Virus record (IMG/VR): IMGVR_UViG_2744054842_000001
Coordinates: 11,649 to 75,648 of that record
Reading direction: 5' to 3' (one strand)
DNA length: 64,000 nt
From: a virus
Taxonomy: Duplodnaviria; Caudoviricetes
Numbering within the stretch: position 1 is the stretch's first letter; each line of letters opens with the position of its first letter. This document shows, piece by piece, positions 17,345 to 27,417 of this stretch. Under the pieces are notes generated by a model. It saw only the letters and a program-made list of their open reading frames with translations, was not told the origin of the DNA and ran no database searches. A program made the translations under genes and the position numbers.

Positions 17345-18134
17345 TTTTTCCGGCGCGCATCCTTCGGCCGCTCTTTTTCCTGCTGCTCGGCCCAGTGCCT
17401 GCGGAACTCGTCGTCCAGGGCGAAGATCGCTGCATCAATCTCTTCGCGGCATATCGCTGATGGCTTGCGGTCGAAATACTCGTTGATGGGGGTTAGCGCT
17501 ATAGGAGCCGGCGCTCCGATCACGCCCACATACTGTCGAGACCTGCTGATGGCGGCGTAAGCTTCAAGGACCTCGGTCACCACGTTGTCGATCTCCGGCG
17601 GATCCTGAGCCTTCAGCCCTAAGCGCTCGTGCTTCCAGCGCTTTTTCTCATTCTCCTGGCCAGACCAATCACGCGACCAGCGATATGCCTCTACGGCTTT
17701 TTTGCCGTCTCCTTGGCCCGCTCCTCGGCCCGCGTGGCGATGTCGGTGGCCACTTGCAGAGCGGTGAAATAGACATCCGGGCGCTGTGCGATGAGAAGCT
17801 TGCCGCGCTCTTGCGTGTACTCGATATCAACGCCTGGCTGCTCGGCCTCTTCCACGCCCTCCCAGCCAAGGATGATGTGCTTGCACACCAGGTCGACCAG
17901 CATGTCATCCATGCTTTCGATGTCTGGGATCTCAGCGTTCACCGGGTCGAAACCTTCGGTGCCCACGCCGTAGCGAGAGTCCACAATCGCCTGATGCCGC
18001 TGGATCAGGGCGTGGTGAGACTTGAACTTCGGATTACCCGCCGATCCGACCTTGATCCTCACGCCCGGGGCGATATCCACCCACCGCGTGCCTTCAAGGT
18101 CCAACTTTGGAGCCTGGGAAATGACGATAGCCAT
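17341..18134 (-). CDS. Tail assembly chaperones gpG (17691-18134) and gpGT via -1 frameshift
   Basis: Slippery A AAA AAG just before the gpG stop; the -1 frame runs open (AVEAYRWSRDW...) into 17341-17583. Confidence 0.8.
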
Positions 18135-18191
18135 GGTATTCCTCTGCGGTAAAAGGCCCGACACACACCGCAGGGCGCGCCGGGCAAAGGG

Positions 18192-19361
18192 TTAAGCGGT
18201 GACGGTGACAGCACAGGTGTCGGTCTTGGTGCCGTCTGCGGCGCTGGTCGCGGTGATGGTGGCGGTGCCGGCAGCCAGGCCGGTTACCAGGCCGGTGGCG
18301 CTCACGCTTGCGATGGCCGGGTCCGAAGAGGTCCAGGTAACCAGCTGGCTTGCGCCAACTGGGGTGACCACGGCCTCGAGATCTGCAGTTTCGTCCACCG
18401 CTAGGCTCAGGGTGGCCGGGGTTACTTCCACCGCAGCAATGACGACGGGCGCCGGCAGACGGGTGATGGTCGGCGGCACGCGGCGGGCGGTGTATGACAA
18501 CTCGACTTGAACGATGTCGGTGGCGCCACCGTCCGGCCAATCGCCGCTGACTTCCATCTCGGGGATGAGGAAGGTGTAGCCACCGTCTGCGTTGCTCAGG
18601 GTGAACTCGAAGCTGAGCGAGTCGCCGGTCTGCTGCGCCTTCCAGTACTGGTAGGCGGTCTTGGACCAACTCAGGGTGATCGAGCCGGACGGAACGAACG
18701 TCGTTGTGATCACTGCCCCGGGAAACGGGTTGCCGTTGCCGATGCAGCGCTGGGTCTGCGAGTTGTTGGCGAACTGCAGGTTGAAGGTGTCAACGCACGC
18801 GTTGTCGTCACCCAGCTGCACGCCGTTGATCTTCAGCCCGGTCACATCCTTGAAGCCGTAGCGCCGCTGGTTGGCCTCGGGCGCAGGACTGACGATGAAG
18901 GAAGTGTTGTCGGCCTTGTCCTGCCACGAGGTGGCCATGAACGTGGTGGTGACGCTGATCTCGTTGTCGTTCGGGACCTCGATGTTGATCGTGTCAACCT
19001 GGGCTCCGCGAGCGATGCCGGCGATACCAACGTCCGCGTCATAGGCAGCGATGGAGAACGAAATGCGATCGTTGCCCATGGTCAGGGTATTACCGGACCA
19101 GTTCGCGCCGAAGCAGGAGGCCAGGAACTCGTCCAGAGCCCCGTAGCGGAACTTGGTCTCGATATCGCCGCCGACATCCACGGTCGTCTGGGCAGTGCCC
19201 TGCGACATGCGAGTCTCGCCGATCTCGTTGTTCTCTTCGGTGTTGTAGGTAGGCACCAGGCCGAAGCTGACGCGGGTCAGCACGTTCCATGGGCCTGGCG
19301 GGGTAATTCCCGGGGTGATCTCGCGAATCCACGCGGTCGAGCGCTTTGCACCGCTACTCAT
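18192..19361 (-). CDS. Major tail tube protein with C-terminal Ig-like (Big_2) domain
   Basis: MSSGAK start; WTSSDPAIASVSATGLVTGLAAGTATITAT. Confidence 0.9.
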   Translation of the reverse strand: MSSGAKRSTAWIREITPGITPPGPWNVLTRVSFGLVPTYNTEENNEIGETRMSQGTAQTTVDVGGDIETKFRYGALDEFLASCFGANWSGNTLTMGNDRISFSIAAYDADVGIAGIARGAQVDTINIEVPNDNEISVTTTFMATSWQDKADNTSFIVSPAPEANQRRYGFKDVTGLKINGVQLGDDNACVDTFNLQFANNSQTQRCIGNGNPFPGAVITTTFVPSGSITLSWSKTAYQYWKAQQTGDSLSFEFTLSNADGGYTFLIPEMEVSGDWPDGGATDIVQVELSYTARRVPPTITRLPAPVVIAAVEVTPATLSLAVDETADLEAVVTPVGASQLVTWTSSDPAIASVSATGLVTGLAAGTATITATSAADGTKTDTCAVTVTA

Positions 19362-19477
19362 GGGGTGTTTCTCCTTTCGATAGGCGTAAAAAAACCGCCA
19401 TGTGGCGGTGAACGATTTGATGCGCGATGCCGGCCCGGATAGCATCAATAATTTTGCGGCAACATTGGATACAACAA

Positions 19478-20104
19478 ATGGAAACGGAAACCGCTACCTA
19501 CATATCGTTTGCACTGAGCGCTATCTCTGCTATTGCTGCTGCCGCATCTGCTTTTGGCGCTTTCTATACGATCAAAAAAACTGCCCAGAACTCTAAACTT
19601 GAGCAGGAGGCCGATAATCAAGCAAGGGAGGATGAGCGATTAATGAATCACGCGAAAACAACTTTAGAACGCGCATATCTGGCGCTAAGGGGTCCATCCG
19701 AAAGGGCAGCAGAACCACCGAGAGACAGACTGAACTGGCTTACCTCAGCGAGATTGATCGAGGAATACAAAGCCACCAAAAAGCGCATAACAAGCGACTT
19801 CACCATGAGGGAGTGCGAGAGCCATGAGGAGCACTGGCGACATCAGTTCTACCTTCTCCTTAGTCCAGTTGCGAAACGGCTAGGAGGAATTGAGTACTAC
19901 AGGAGGATCAGTGACCAGGAGCTCGGGATTGACCCGGTCTCTGCCATCATAGTGAAAGCCTTTGCTACCTGGCCCGACGACAAAAATGACCCCCTTGATA
20001 AATACAGATCACCTCAAGATGCGGCAAACAAGCTAGGTGTTAGCAACATTTGGACATCCTTCAGATTTCACTTAAAGGACATCAAAGTTAACCTTCCTGA
20101 TTAG
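19478..20104 (+). CDS. Moron: N-terminal TM hypothetical protein, antisense to the tail operon
   Basis: Lower GC, hydrophobic N-terminus, inserted between tail terminator and tail tube genes. Confidence 0.7.
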   Translation: METETATYISFALSAISAIAAAASAFGAFYTIKKTAQNSKLEQEADNQAREDERLMNHAKTTLERAYLALRGPSERAAEPPRDRLNWLTSARLIEEYKATKKRITSDFTMRECESHEEHWRHQFYLLLSPVAKRLGGIEYYRRISDQELGIDPVSAIIVKAFATWPDDKNDPLDKYRSPQDAANKLGVSNIWTSFRFHLKDIKVNLPD

Positions 20105-20508
20105 TAGGCCCGGTATGGGATCGACACGTTTACCTGGTACCAGCCGTGGCCGTCATCGCCGATCGTATTGGCCGAGGCCGTGTAGCACTCAAACGGACCG
20201 GTCGGGTCGCTGTAAAACTCGAAGTGCTGTACCAGCGTGTCGGCGGCCTTGGTGATGGCCAGTGTGCCCTTGTAGCTCGGCACGAACAGCTGAATCATGA
20301 TGATGCCGGTCCGGCGCACGCATGGGCCAATGCCGACCTCCGGCGCGCTGGCCAGACCTGGAACGTCCGCCAGCCTGGCCCAAATGGTTTTCCCGGACGG
20401 GTCGAACGGCCCCTGCGGGTTGTTCGGGTAGTCGACAGCGGATGCGGGAATGCCCGCCCACTGCGTCATGCGGCCAGCGACGATGGCCCGGATCTGTTCG
20501 AAGGTCAT
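20101..20508 (-). CDS. Tail terminator protein (DUF4128-like)
   Basis: GIIMIQLFVP..KGT, WYQVNVSIPY; synteny. Confidence 0.75.
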   Translation of the reverse strand: MTFEQIRAIVAGRMTQWAGIPASAVDYPNNPQGPFDPSGKTIWARLADVPGLASAPEVGIGPCVRRTGIIMIQLFVPSYKGTLAITKAADTLVQHFEFYSDPTGPFECYTASANTIGDDGHGWYQVNVSIPYRAY

Positions 20509-20939
20509 GAGTAGGCCTGCGAGACGCCATGGAAGGACGCCGCATAGACGCCACCAGGCGCCTGGGTCGAGTGGCCGTCCTCCAACTTGCCGGCGTAGGG
20601 CAAGTTCGTCTGAACGTAAATGACGGTGAACGGCTCTAGGCCTGAAAGCTGCCGCTGCCCTTCGGCGGTGGTTTCGGCGCCGTTCTTGTCGATTTTTGTC
20701 GTCTGGGTGTAGACGGGGGCTCCGATGCTGACGATGTGGCTTCCCCGGAATCTGCCGCCTGTATAGCCTGGGGGTGCCGGGCTCTCCCATAGATCAGGGT
20801 TGCCAACTGGCGAGCGCAACACGATCTCTCCAAGCATCGCCATGGCTATCGCCCTTGATCGCTGCGTCAGCGCATCTTCCACTACCCCAGCAAATGTGCT
20901 TGGGGGCGTGCTCCACCCATTGCCCTTGCCTTTGGCCAT
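20505..20939 (-). CDS. HK97 gp10-like neck protein
   Basis: SPV..TGGRFRGS, NLPYA.KLEDGHS.QAP.G. Confidence 0.8.
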   Translation of the reverse strand: MAKGKGNGWSTPPSTFAGVVEDALTQRSRAIAMAMLGEIVLRSPVGNPDLWESPAPPGYTGGRFRGSHIVSIGAPVYTQTTKIDKNGAETTAEGQRQLSGLEPFTVIYVQTNLPYAGKLEDGHSTQAPGGVYAASFHGVSQAYS

Positions 20940-20941
20940 AG

Positions 20942-21322
20942 TCACTTCCTCAGCTGGATTTCGTAGTGCGCCTTGGCTGGGTCAATGCCTGGGCTGATGA
21001 TGCTGTATGTCACTGGCTCGCCAGTGATCAGGTCGGTGGCAGTAATCTGGTGCCCAACGGCAGGCCTGTCAGTCACTTCGTTGGCCAGGCATATCAGCAG
21101 AAGGTCGCCCACCAGGATGTTCAGGCCGTCGATGCGCCGGCTGTCGTAGCTGTCGAGCACCCCGCGCCCGGTGTAGGTCACTGGCTGGGCCGTGGTGGTC
21201 TCGTTTACCGGGTCCCAGACGCCGGGCCCCATGTAGGTACCGGTGAACGTCGATACCGCGTCGGCCAGGTCTTCGTCGAAGGCCTCAGCCAGGTCTGCCT
21301 GGATATCGTCGCGGAGCCCCAT
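20942..21322 (-). CDS. Head closure / head-tail adaptor
   Basis: Synteny; MGLRDDIQADL...IQLRK. Confidence 0.7.
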   Translation of the reverse strand: MGLRDDIQADLAEAFDEDLADAVSTFTGTYMGPGVWDPVNETTTAQPVTYTGRGVLDSYDSRRIDGLNILVGDLLLICLANEVTDRPAVGHQITATDLITGEPVTYSIISPGIDPAKAHYEIQLRK

Positions 21323-21324
21323 GG

Positions 21325-21717
21325 CTATCCCCTTTTCACAGCAAAGGCGAACGGATTGCTGCGCCATGGCGTCAGCAGGGCCAGTGCCAACTGCACACAG
21401 GCTGGCTGGGCGACAGTGCAGGTCTTGTCGATCGAGCCGAAGGTCTTGCTGGTCGATACCGATCCGGCCTTGACGGTCTTCGCCTCGAGCGAGCCCTCGG
21501 TCTGCTGCTGGTACAGCCTCCCCTGCGAAGCGCATTTGGCCAGCCTGGCGCCGGCCTGCTTAACGTCGTCAGGGATGTTGTCCATGTCGATGCCGACCAG
21601 GTTGAGCGCGGTCAGATAGGCATTCGCCTCGAAGACCGCCTCGTCCTTCAGCTCTGGAGCTGCCCAGTCAGGCCCGAGAATGGTGTCCACGTCGGCCACG
21701 GTGATGTAGGTAGCCAT
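21325..21717 (-). CDS. Head-tail connector protein
   Basis: YITVAD, IPDDVKQA motifs; synteny after the capsid gene. Confidence 0.7.
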   Translation of the reverse strand: MATYITVADVDTILGPDWAAPELKDEAVFEANAYLTALNLVGIDMDNIPDDVKQAGARLAKCASQGRLYQQQTEGSLEAKTVKAGSVSTSKTFGSIDKTCTVAQPACVQLALALLTPWRSNPFAFAVKRG

Positions 21718-21756
21718 CAGGCCTCCGCTTGAATGAGTGGGGCCGCAGCCCCGGGA

Positions 21757-22353
21757 TTACTGTTGGCCGAGTTCAGTGACCTGCTTCTGCAACGTCTCTT
21801 TCGAGGCGTTGGCGCGGTAGGTGACGTTCGCAGCGTCCAGCGTGGCCTTGAGCTCGGCGACCTCTTTGGCCTCGCGGCTTTCTTCGGTCTCAAGCTCCCG
21901 CTTGGCTGCTTGGGCCAGCAGGTCGTCCACTTGCTTCTGCAGCACTCTAGCCTTCTCGACTTCACCGTCGCGCTCGCGCTGAAGGCTCGCGATACCGGCG
22001 TTGACCGCTTCCAACACCTGGAATAGGTGGCCAGCAGTTTCGCCAAGCTCGCCTTCAGGGCGCTCCAGGCGCTGCGCGGCGAAGGAGTCGACGATCACGC
22101 CGATGGATGCAAGCTCGGTGACCACGCGATCGAGCGCTGCATGATCGGGACCTTCGACAAGAGCCACGCGTGTCGGTACCTCAACCACTGACACATCAGC
22201 GCCAGCGGCTTCGTAAGCATCGACCACCTTGGGCCAATCGCCGATCACCACAACCGATTCGACGCCTGGTTCGGCCTGATCAAAGTGTCGTGGGTTGCGA
22301 TAGGTACGGCCTTGCTCGAAGCCGTCACGCTGGGTGGTGTAAATCAGTTCCAT
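21757..22353 (-). CDS. Head accessory protein with C-terminal HeH/LEM-like motif
   Basis: ELKATLDAANVTYRANASKETL. Confidence 0.65.
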   Translation of the reverse strand: MELIYTTQRDGFEQGRTYRNPRHFDQAEPGVESVVVIGDWPKVVDAYEAAGADVSVVEVPTRVALVEGPDHAALDRVVTELASIGVIVDSFAAQRLERPEGELGETAGHLFQVLEAVNAGIASLQRERDGEVEKARVLQKQVDDLLAQAAKRELETEESREAKEVAELKATLDAANVTYRANASKETLQKQVTELGQQ

Positions 22354-22401
22354 GGATTATCTCCAAGGCAGGCCCGCTGGACCCGCCTTTGCTGTGGCCG
22401 A

Positions 22402-23346
22402 TTAAGGCGCGGACAAGTCGATCAGGACGCCGGCAGTAGCCTTGTCGCTGGTCGCATGCTTACGCCAGTTCGCGCCGGCGCCGAGAGCTGCGAGGTTCGG
22501 GTTTACGCCTGCGGTGTCCTTCCAGGAGTAACCCATGATGTCGACGTTGAAAGCGCCTTCCGCGCGATAGCCGATCGCCAAGTTTTCCTGGGTGTTTACC
22601 GGATACGAGCGCACACCCGGGGCTTGGGACTCAGTCACCGAAACAGCGCCCACCTGCAGGCCGAAGATGCGCTCTTCGGTGACTTTGTCAGAGACGAGGA
22701 CCGGTTTGCCCATGGTGCCAGGCGAGCCGCCGTAGATGACCACGCCCGCCTCTTCGTAAATCTTCTGGTCGATTGCGTCGTCAACCAGATCGAAGTAGGT
22801 GGCGGAGTCCATGGCGAAGAGCGCGATGCGATTGAAACGATCGCCAAACTTGCGCATGCCCTTGGTCAGCACCTTCTTGTGATCGACTGCGAAGGAGCCG
22901 GTGGCGACCATGTTGGCGTTAGCACCGATAGCCGCGCCCAGAGCCGCGAAGGCAGTCTGGATGTAGTAGTCCAGGGCTGCGTCGGCCATATCCTGGCCAA
23001 CCAGCATGGAGAACTCTTCGGGGCTTCGCGCACGTCGCTTGAAGGCCTCCTCCGTGGTCTCGTACGGGCCGTACTTCCACGGGGTTTTCACGCCGACCGC
23101 TTCGTCGGCGCCGATCTTGATGCCGGCTACAGCGGCGTCAGAGTTGACGTTACGGTGGCCCAACGTGCCGCCGATCTTGTAGAACGAACGCTTGCGCAGG
23201 TCGCCCTCGATCAGTTCGTTACGCAGGATCAGCGCACCGCCCGACGAGGCGTTGAACACCTCCAGAACGTCCTGCAGACGCTCCAGATAAGCGGTTTGGG
23301 CAAGATCGTTGTAGATGATCATGTCCGAGTTGAGGGTGGTAGGCAT
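22402..23346 (-). CDS. Major capsid protein
   Basis: 314 aa following the scaffold; NW....K.TAGV C-terminus. Confidence 0.88.
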   Translation of the reverse strand: MPTTLNSDMIIYNDLAQTAYLERLQDVLEVFNASSGGALILRNELIEGDLRKRSFYKIGGTLGHRNVNSDAAVAGIKIGADEAVGVKTPWKYGPYETTEEAFKRRARSPEEFSMLVGQDMADAALDYYIQTAFAALGAAIGANANMVATGSFAVDHKKVLTKGMRKFGDRFNRIALFAMDSATYFDLVDDAIDQKIYEEAGVVIYGGSPGTMGKPVLVSDKVTEERIFGLQVGAVSVTESQAPGVRSYPVNTQENLAIGYRAEGAFNVDIMGYSWKDTAGVNPNLAALGAGANWRKHATSDKATAGVLIDLSAP

Positions 23347-23356
23347 CTGCTACTTC

Positions 23357-24076
23357 CTATTTTGGCAATTTGAGGTATGCCTCCTGCCCATGCGCTTCGA
23401 TGTATTCGCGCTTCTGGACAGAGGTCATTTCGGAGCGTTTCTGTGCGGCCCCGCCGCCTTTTCCAGCACCGCCGGCCCCGCCGCCAGATGCCTTGCTACC
23501 AGCGATCAGCGGGCCGAAGGCCGGATCGTTGGTGAATTCTGCTTTCAGCTCATCCAGCGTTGCCGCCGAGAGCTTGCCGGCAGCGTCCAGCACGACAACG
23601 GTTGGTTTACCGTCGCGCTGCTCGACGCTCAGCCGGCGTTCGATGTGGGGAAGCAATGCCTTGGCGCTGCCTGGCACGGCCAGAGCAGTCGCGATCTCGG
23701 TGGCGGTACGGCCCACGGTCAGATCCCGGATCTGGCCTTGCAGGGTGGCGCGCTCGCTTTCGAGGGTGCCGGTCAGCTCAGCTTCGCGGCGGTTGTATTT
23801 CTCGGACCAGGACTTTTCGAGCTCCTCGACGTTGCCAGACTTGCGCAGGGCTTCCTCGCGCTCCAGGCGAGCCTGTTCTTCGGCAGCCTTGCGCTTGTCG
23901 GCTTCGGCCTTCTTTTCGTCAAGCAGCTCTTGGACTTTGGCCTTCAGGCCGGTGACATCCTCCTGCTGCGGCAGACCATCGATGCCGAGGACGAACTTGC
24001 CGTCCTTCTCGACATACAGGGCTGCTACCGATTCATCGACGCCTTCGAGGCTGTCAAGTTGGAATTTCAAGGTCAT
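23357..24076 (-). CDS. Scaffolding protein
   Basis: Coiled coil, GSKASGGGAGG, EAYLKLPK terminus. Confidence 0.8.
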   Translation of the reverse strand: MTLKFQLDSLEGVDESVAALYVEKDGKFVLGIDGLPQQEDVTGLKAKVQELLDEKKAEADKRKAAEEQARLEREEALRKSGNVEELEKSWSEKYNRREAELTGTLESERATLQGQIRDLTVGRTATEIATALAVPGSAKALLPHIERRLSVEQRDGKPTVVVLDAAGKLSAATLDELKAEFTNDPAFGPLIAGSKASGGGAGGAGKGGGAAQKRSEMTSVQKREYIEAHGQEAYLKLPK

Positions 24077-24153
24077 TGCTGTCTCCCAGAGACTTGTGCA
24101 GGCCCTGCCTGCGGGCATAAAAAAGCCCCGCACTGGGCGAGGCCTTGGATTTG

Positions 24154-24190
24154 CGCGCCACGTTTAACGAGGCAGCTTTTTGTGGCGCGG
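24154..24190. repeat. Dispersed palindrome CGCGCCAC-N20-GTGGCGCG, copy 1
   Basis: Four co-oriented copies in the prophage. Confidence 0.8.
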
Positions 24191-24247
24191 GGAGCTCATA
24201 ACGAAAAAGCCCCGGCGGATGCCAGGGCTTTCATGGATGTCTGTAGC

Positions 24248-24424
24248 TCAGGGTTTGTCGAAGTCGTCTTCGAGCTTTTGCAATACTGCATCTGCCATCT
24301 GCTTGCTGAGTTCTTTCCAGGCTTTGCCGCCATCAAAAACGCCAACGCCTCGGGCAAGATTCGCCTGATGCTCACGCCGGGCTTCTTGAATCAAATCCTG
24401 CGCGCTTTTTTTGTTGGTCGTCAT
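24248..24424 (-). CDS. 58-aa protein overlapping the MuF stop (candidate immunity protein)
   Basis: Hand translation MTTNKKSAQDLIQEARR...; ATGA overlap. Confidence 0.55.
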   Translation of the reverse strand: MTTNKKSAQDLIQEARREHQANLARGVGVFDGGKAWKELSKQMADAVLQKLEDDFDKP

Positions 24425-25995
24425 GATCTCTCCCGGCTGTATTTCAAGCCCACCCTGCCGCTCAGGATACTCCAGAACTGGTGTTCAGCTTCCGACTGGG
24501 TATGCTCGCGTTCAAGCTCGCCTCGATTGACCAAATCATACACGCGTTTTACGGCCTCTTGCTCGACCTGGCCAGACAGCTTGTCGACGACCTCACCACT
24601 TGGCCATCCCTTTTCAGCAACCATCGAATAGCGAAGGGTCGGGCCGACGGCCCGCAGTTCATACAGGCCAATGTAGGATGCAAGCTCAACATCCTCAATC
24701 GAGAACGGGCTATTGCCCGGATGATTGTGGGTGAAGGTCGTTCCCTTCAGCTTGCCGAACTCGCTCACTGGGAAGCCGACACGATCAGGCTGACCCTGAC
24801 GCTGAAGCAGAATCGAGCCGTCGTCACCAATGAACGCTCCCGTTTCCAGCGCGTCGCTACGAATTCGATTTTCGAGCTCGACTGCGGTCCGTCGCGCAGG
24901 CGTGGATACATCCGGTTTTGCCACCGGATAACCAATGTCATACACCGTGAACTCACCAGTCGGCTGCTTGAAAGTAACCGCTTCGCGTTGTCGCAGTTGC
25001 TGCAGGGTAAGGGTCTTCCCGTTGTCATCTACGAATTTGTCCAGCGTCAGTTCGCCCTTGCTGAACAACTCATAGCGGGCTGGGCCCAGCACATCCTTTT
25101 GGAACGCCGCGGGCTGCCGCGCCAGCCATTCGCCGTAGCTGGTCTTGCTGCTCACCTGCTCAACGCCATTCGGGCCAATAGCTGGCCTGGTCGAACCGGG
25201 GATCTCCCTGGCGAACTCGTCTTTCAGCACCGGGATTACCGTAGTCCGGCACCGCCAGTGATACGGCGGCTTCGGACCATCCAGTGGGATGATCGTCTGG
25301 TCGATGCTCATGCAGAACAGCGTGGTTCGACTGTCCAAGGTGGCGATCCGGCGCATCCCCTTGAGGATGTCGTCGTTATCCTTGAGCACTTCCACCCGCG
25401 CCGTGGTGGCGATGTGGTTGGTCATGGTGTTGACCAGGGCCTGAGCTTGATCGCGCTGCTGGACGCCCAGTGACGTCAGCCGGCGACTGATCTGGCCGGT
25501 TGTCTCGCCCAGTGCCGACCCCATGCGAATCTCGCTGATGATCTCGGCGCTCTTCTTGGTGCCGTACTGGTCGAGCGCGCCGTTGATGCTGATGCGCTGC
25601 CGACCCTTGCCGACTTCCAAGTCGAGCGGATCGGCCAGCACTGCGGCGGCGACCTGCTCGATGCTGGGCCTGTTCAGTTGCACGACCGTTTTCACGACCT
25701 TGCCAAGTAGGGTCAGGTTGAACTCGGCCTCGTAGCCGCCGAACTCAGTCAGGTCGAGCACTGCCTGCTGCTTCATCTCGCCGTAGACACCAGCGAGTTC
25801 GCCCTGTAGCTCCTGAATTTGCTTCTCGTACCGTTGGGTGCCGTAACGGCTCAATCCCTCTGATACGCGCGATTTGGCGGTGCCAATGGCCTTCGTGATG
25901 AACTTGGCCAGGCGCTTGAGGCTTCCCCCGGCGTAGCGTTGCACGTGCACCTGGTGGCGAGTCGCCGCGTCTGACAGGTAGCCGTCACTGCTCAT
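24421..25995 (-). CDS. MuF (SPP1 gp7-like) minor head protein with C-terminal JAB/MPN-like extension
   Basis: ATLDSRTT.FC, PPYHWRCRT core; extension with E...THNHP..S.FS.ED. Confidence 0.85.
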   Translation of the reverse strand: MSSDGYLSDAATRHQVHVQRYAGGSLKRLAKFITKAIGTAKSRVSEGLSRYGTQRYEKQIQELQGELAGVYGEMKQQAVLDLTEFGGYEAEFNLTLLGKVVKTVVQLNRPSIEQVAAAVLADPLDLEVGKGRQRISINGALDQYGTKKSAEIISEIRMGSALGETTGQISRRLTSLGVQQRDQAQALVNTMTNHIATTARVEVLKDNDDILKGMRRIATLDSRTTLFCMSIDQTIIPLDGPKPPYHWRCRTTVIPVLKDEFAREIPGSTRPAIGPNGVEQVSSKTSYGEWLARQPAAFQKDVLGPARYELFSKGELTLDKFVDDNGKTLTLQQLRQREAVTFKQPTGEFTVYDIGYPVAKPDVSTPARRTAVELENRIRSDALETGAFIGDDGSILLQRQGQPDRVGFPVSEFGKLKGTTFTHNHPGNSPFSIEDVELASYIGLYELRAVGPTLRYSMVAEKGWPSGEVVDKLSGQVEQEAVKRVYDLVNRGELEREHTQSEAEHQFWSILSGRVGLKYSRERS

Positions 25996-27409
25996 CCTCG
26001 CCGCCTCCGGTGTCGTTGCCGGTCACCGGCGGCTGCTGGGCCAGTTCATCGTCGATGAGCTCGTCGGTGCGGTCAGCCTCAATCACACCGCCCTGGCGCA
26101 GATTGGTGCGCAGGTCGGACTTCGCGATGATGCCCTGCTGCCAGAGCTGGACCTGGGCCAGGATGTCCTGAGCGGTCATCGTCTCGTCGAAGAACGACTG
26201 GTTGAGCCAGAAGACCGTCCCGTCCTCGTCCGGCTCGTCCATCATGAAGCGCTCGGCGTCGAGGATGGCCCGTTTCAGGGCCTCGGACACGTTGCCGGCG
26301 ATGGTGCCCAGCACGCTGTTGTCCGAGCTGTAGCGAATACGAACGGCCTCTGCTGTCTCGGCACCGCCCGCCTTCTGGACGATGCGTGCGCCGATCATCA
26401 GCATCTGCTCTTCCTTGTCCTTCATCAGCGTGCGAGAGAGCTGGCTCTCGTCCGCCTGGACAAGCTTTGCGTCACCGGACTTACCGAGGTTGAACCCGCG
26501 GGTAGAGCCGATGTGGATACCGTTGGGGTTAAGCTTGGCGAAATCGTCCGCGCTGATGTCGGTGGTGATGAACAGCGTGGGCTGGCTGCTGATGAAGCCG
26601 CTCTCTTCCACTGTGGCGCTGTTGCCGTAGTGCAGGATGTTTACGTCGGCCAGGTCTTCCAGCGGCGACTTGTCGATGCTGGCGTCGTTGTTCTGGGCGC
26701 CGTAGAAGCTGAACAGGATGTGGTCGAAGGCCCGGCCGTTCTTGTCGAGCGGTGCGAACTCCGTGAAGGTATTGCCATCCTTTGCGTAGACACGCTGGAA
26801 ATACCTACCTTCGATCAGCAGAAGCACCCGGTACTGGGTATCAGTGGTGCGCTCTAAGCTGTCCGGGCTGAATGCAGACACGCGCTCGAGCAGACAGACA
26901 TAGACCAGACGCTTCACGCCATCGATCACCTGCTCATCCCAGTCGATGATCGACTCGGCGTCGTAGTGGTGGATCAGGGCGCGCCGGCCCTGCATGTCCG
27001 CCATCGAGGACACGCCCTCAACCGCAGGGAAATCCACGAGGAAGCCGCCACGGCCAGCATCCAGGCATTCCCCTACAGCATCCTTGGAAAGCTGCTCCAG
27101 GCTCGTGCCGTCGCCGCTGGCGTTCTCCTTCAGGTACTCCACGCCCGCGGGCAGGGTCAGCTCCGCAGTCTTGCGGAACACCGCGCCCAGCAGGCCGGTA
27201 CGCGTACGCCCGGTGATGTTCAGGAACATCGCTCGCTTCTTGTACTGCTTGTACCGCGCCAGGTTCTCCGGTGATTTGTTCTCCGGGTCCGGCATCGGCA
27301 GGTATTCGTCGTGCTTGCGCACCTCACGGGCGCCGGCCACGCAGCGCTTGACCAGCTGCCAGCCGGGCAAGGCCTCCGAGTACTCTGCCCGGGGAATGAA
27401 GTTCGGCAT
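25985..27409 (-). CDS. Portal protein (DUF4055-like)
   Basis: 474 aa between terL and MuF; Y..RA.F.N.T.RT motif. Confidence 0.85.
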   Translation of the reverse strand: MPNFIPRAEYSEALPGWQLVKRCVAGAREVRKHDEYLPMPDPENKSPENLARYKQYKKRAMFLNITGRTRTGLLGAVFRKTAELTLPAGVEYLKENASGDGTSLEQLSKDAVGECLDAGRGGFLVDFPAVEGVSSMADMQGRRALIHHYDAESIIDWDEQVIDGVKRLVYVCLLERVSAFSPDSLERTTDTQYRVLLLIEGRYFQRVYAKDGNTFTEFAPLDKNGRAFDHILFSFYGAQNNDASIDKSPLEDLADVNILHYGNSATVEESGFISSQPTLFITTDISADDFAKLNPNGIHIGSTRGFNLGKSGDAKLVQADESQLSRTLMKDKEEQMLMIGARIVQKAGGAETAEAVRIRYSSDNSVLGTIAGNVSEALKRAILDAERFMMDEPDEDGTVFWLNQSFFDETMTAQDILAQVQLWQQGIIAKSDLRTNLRQGGVIEADRTDELIDDELAQQPPVTGNDTGGGEDEQ

Positions 27410-27417
27410 GGGTGGCC

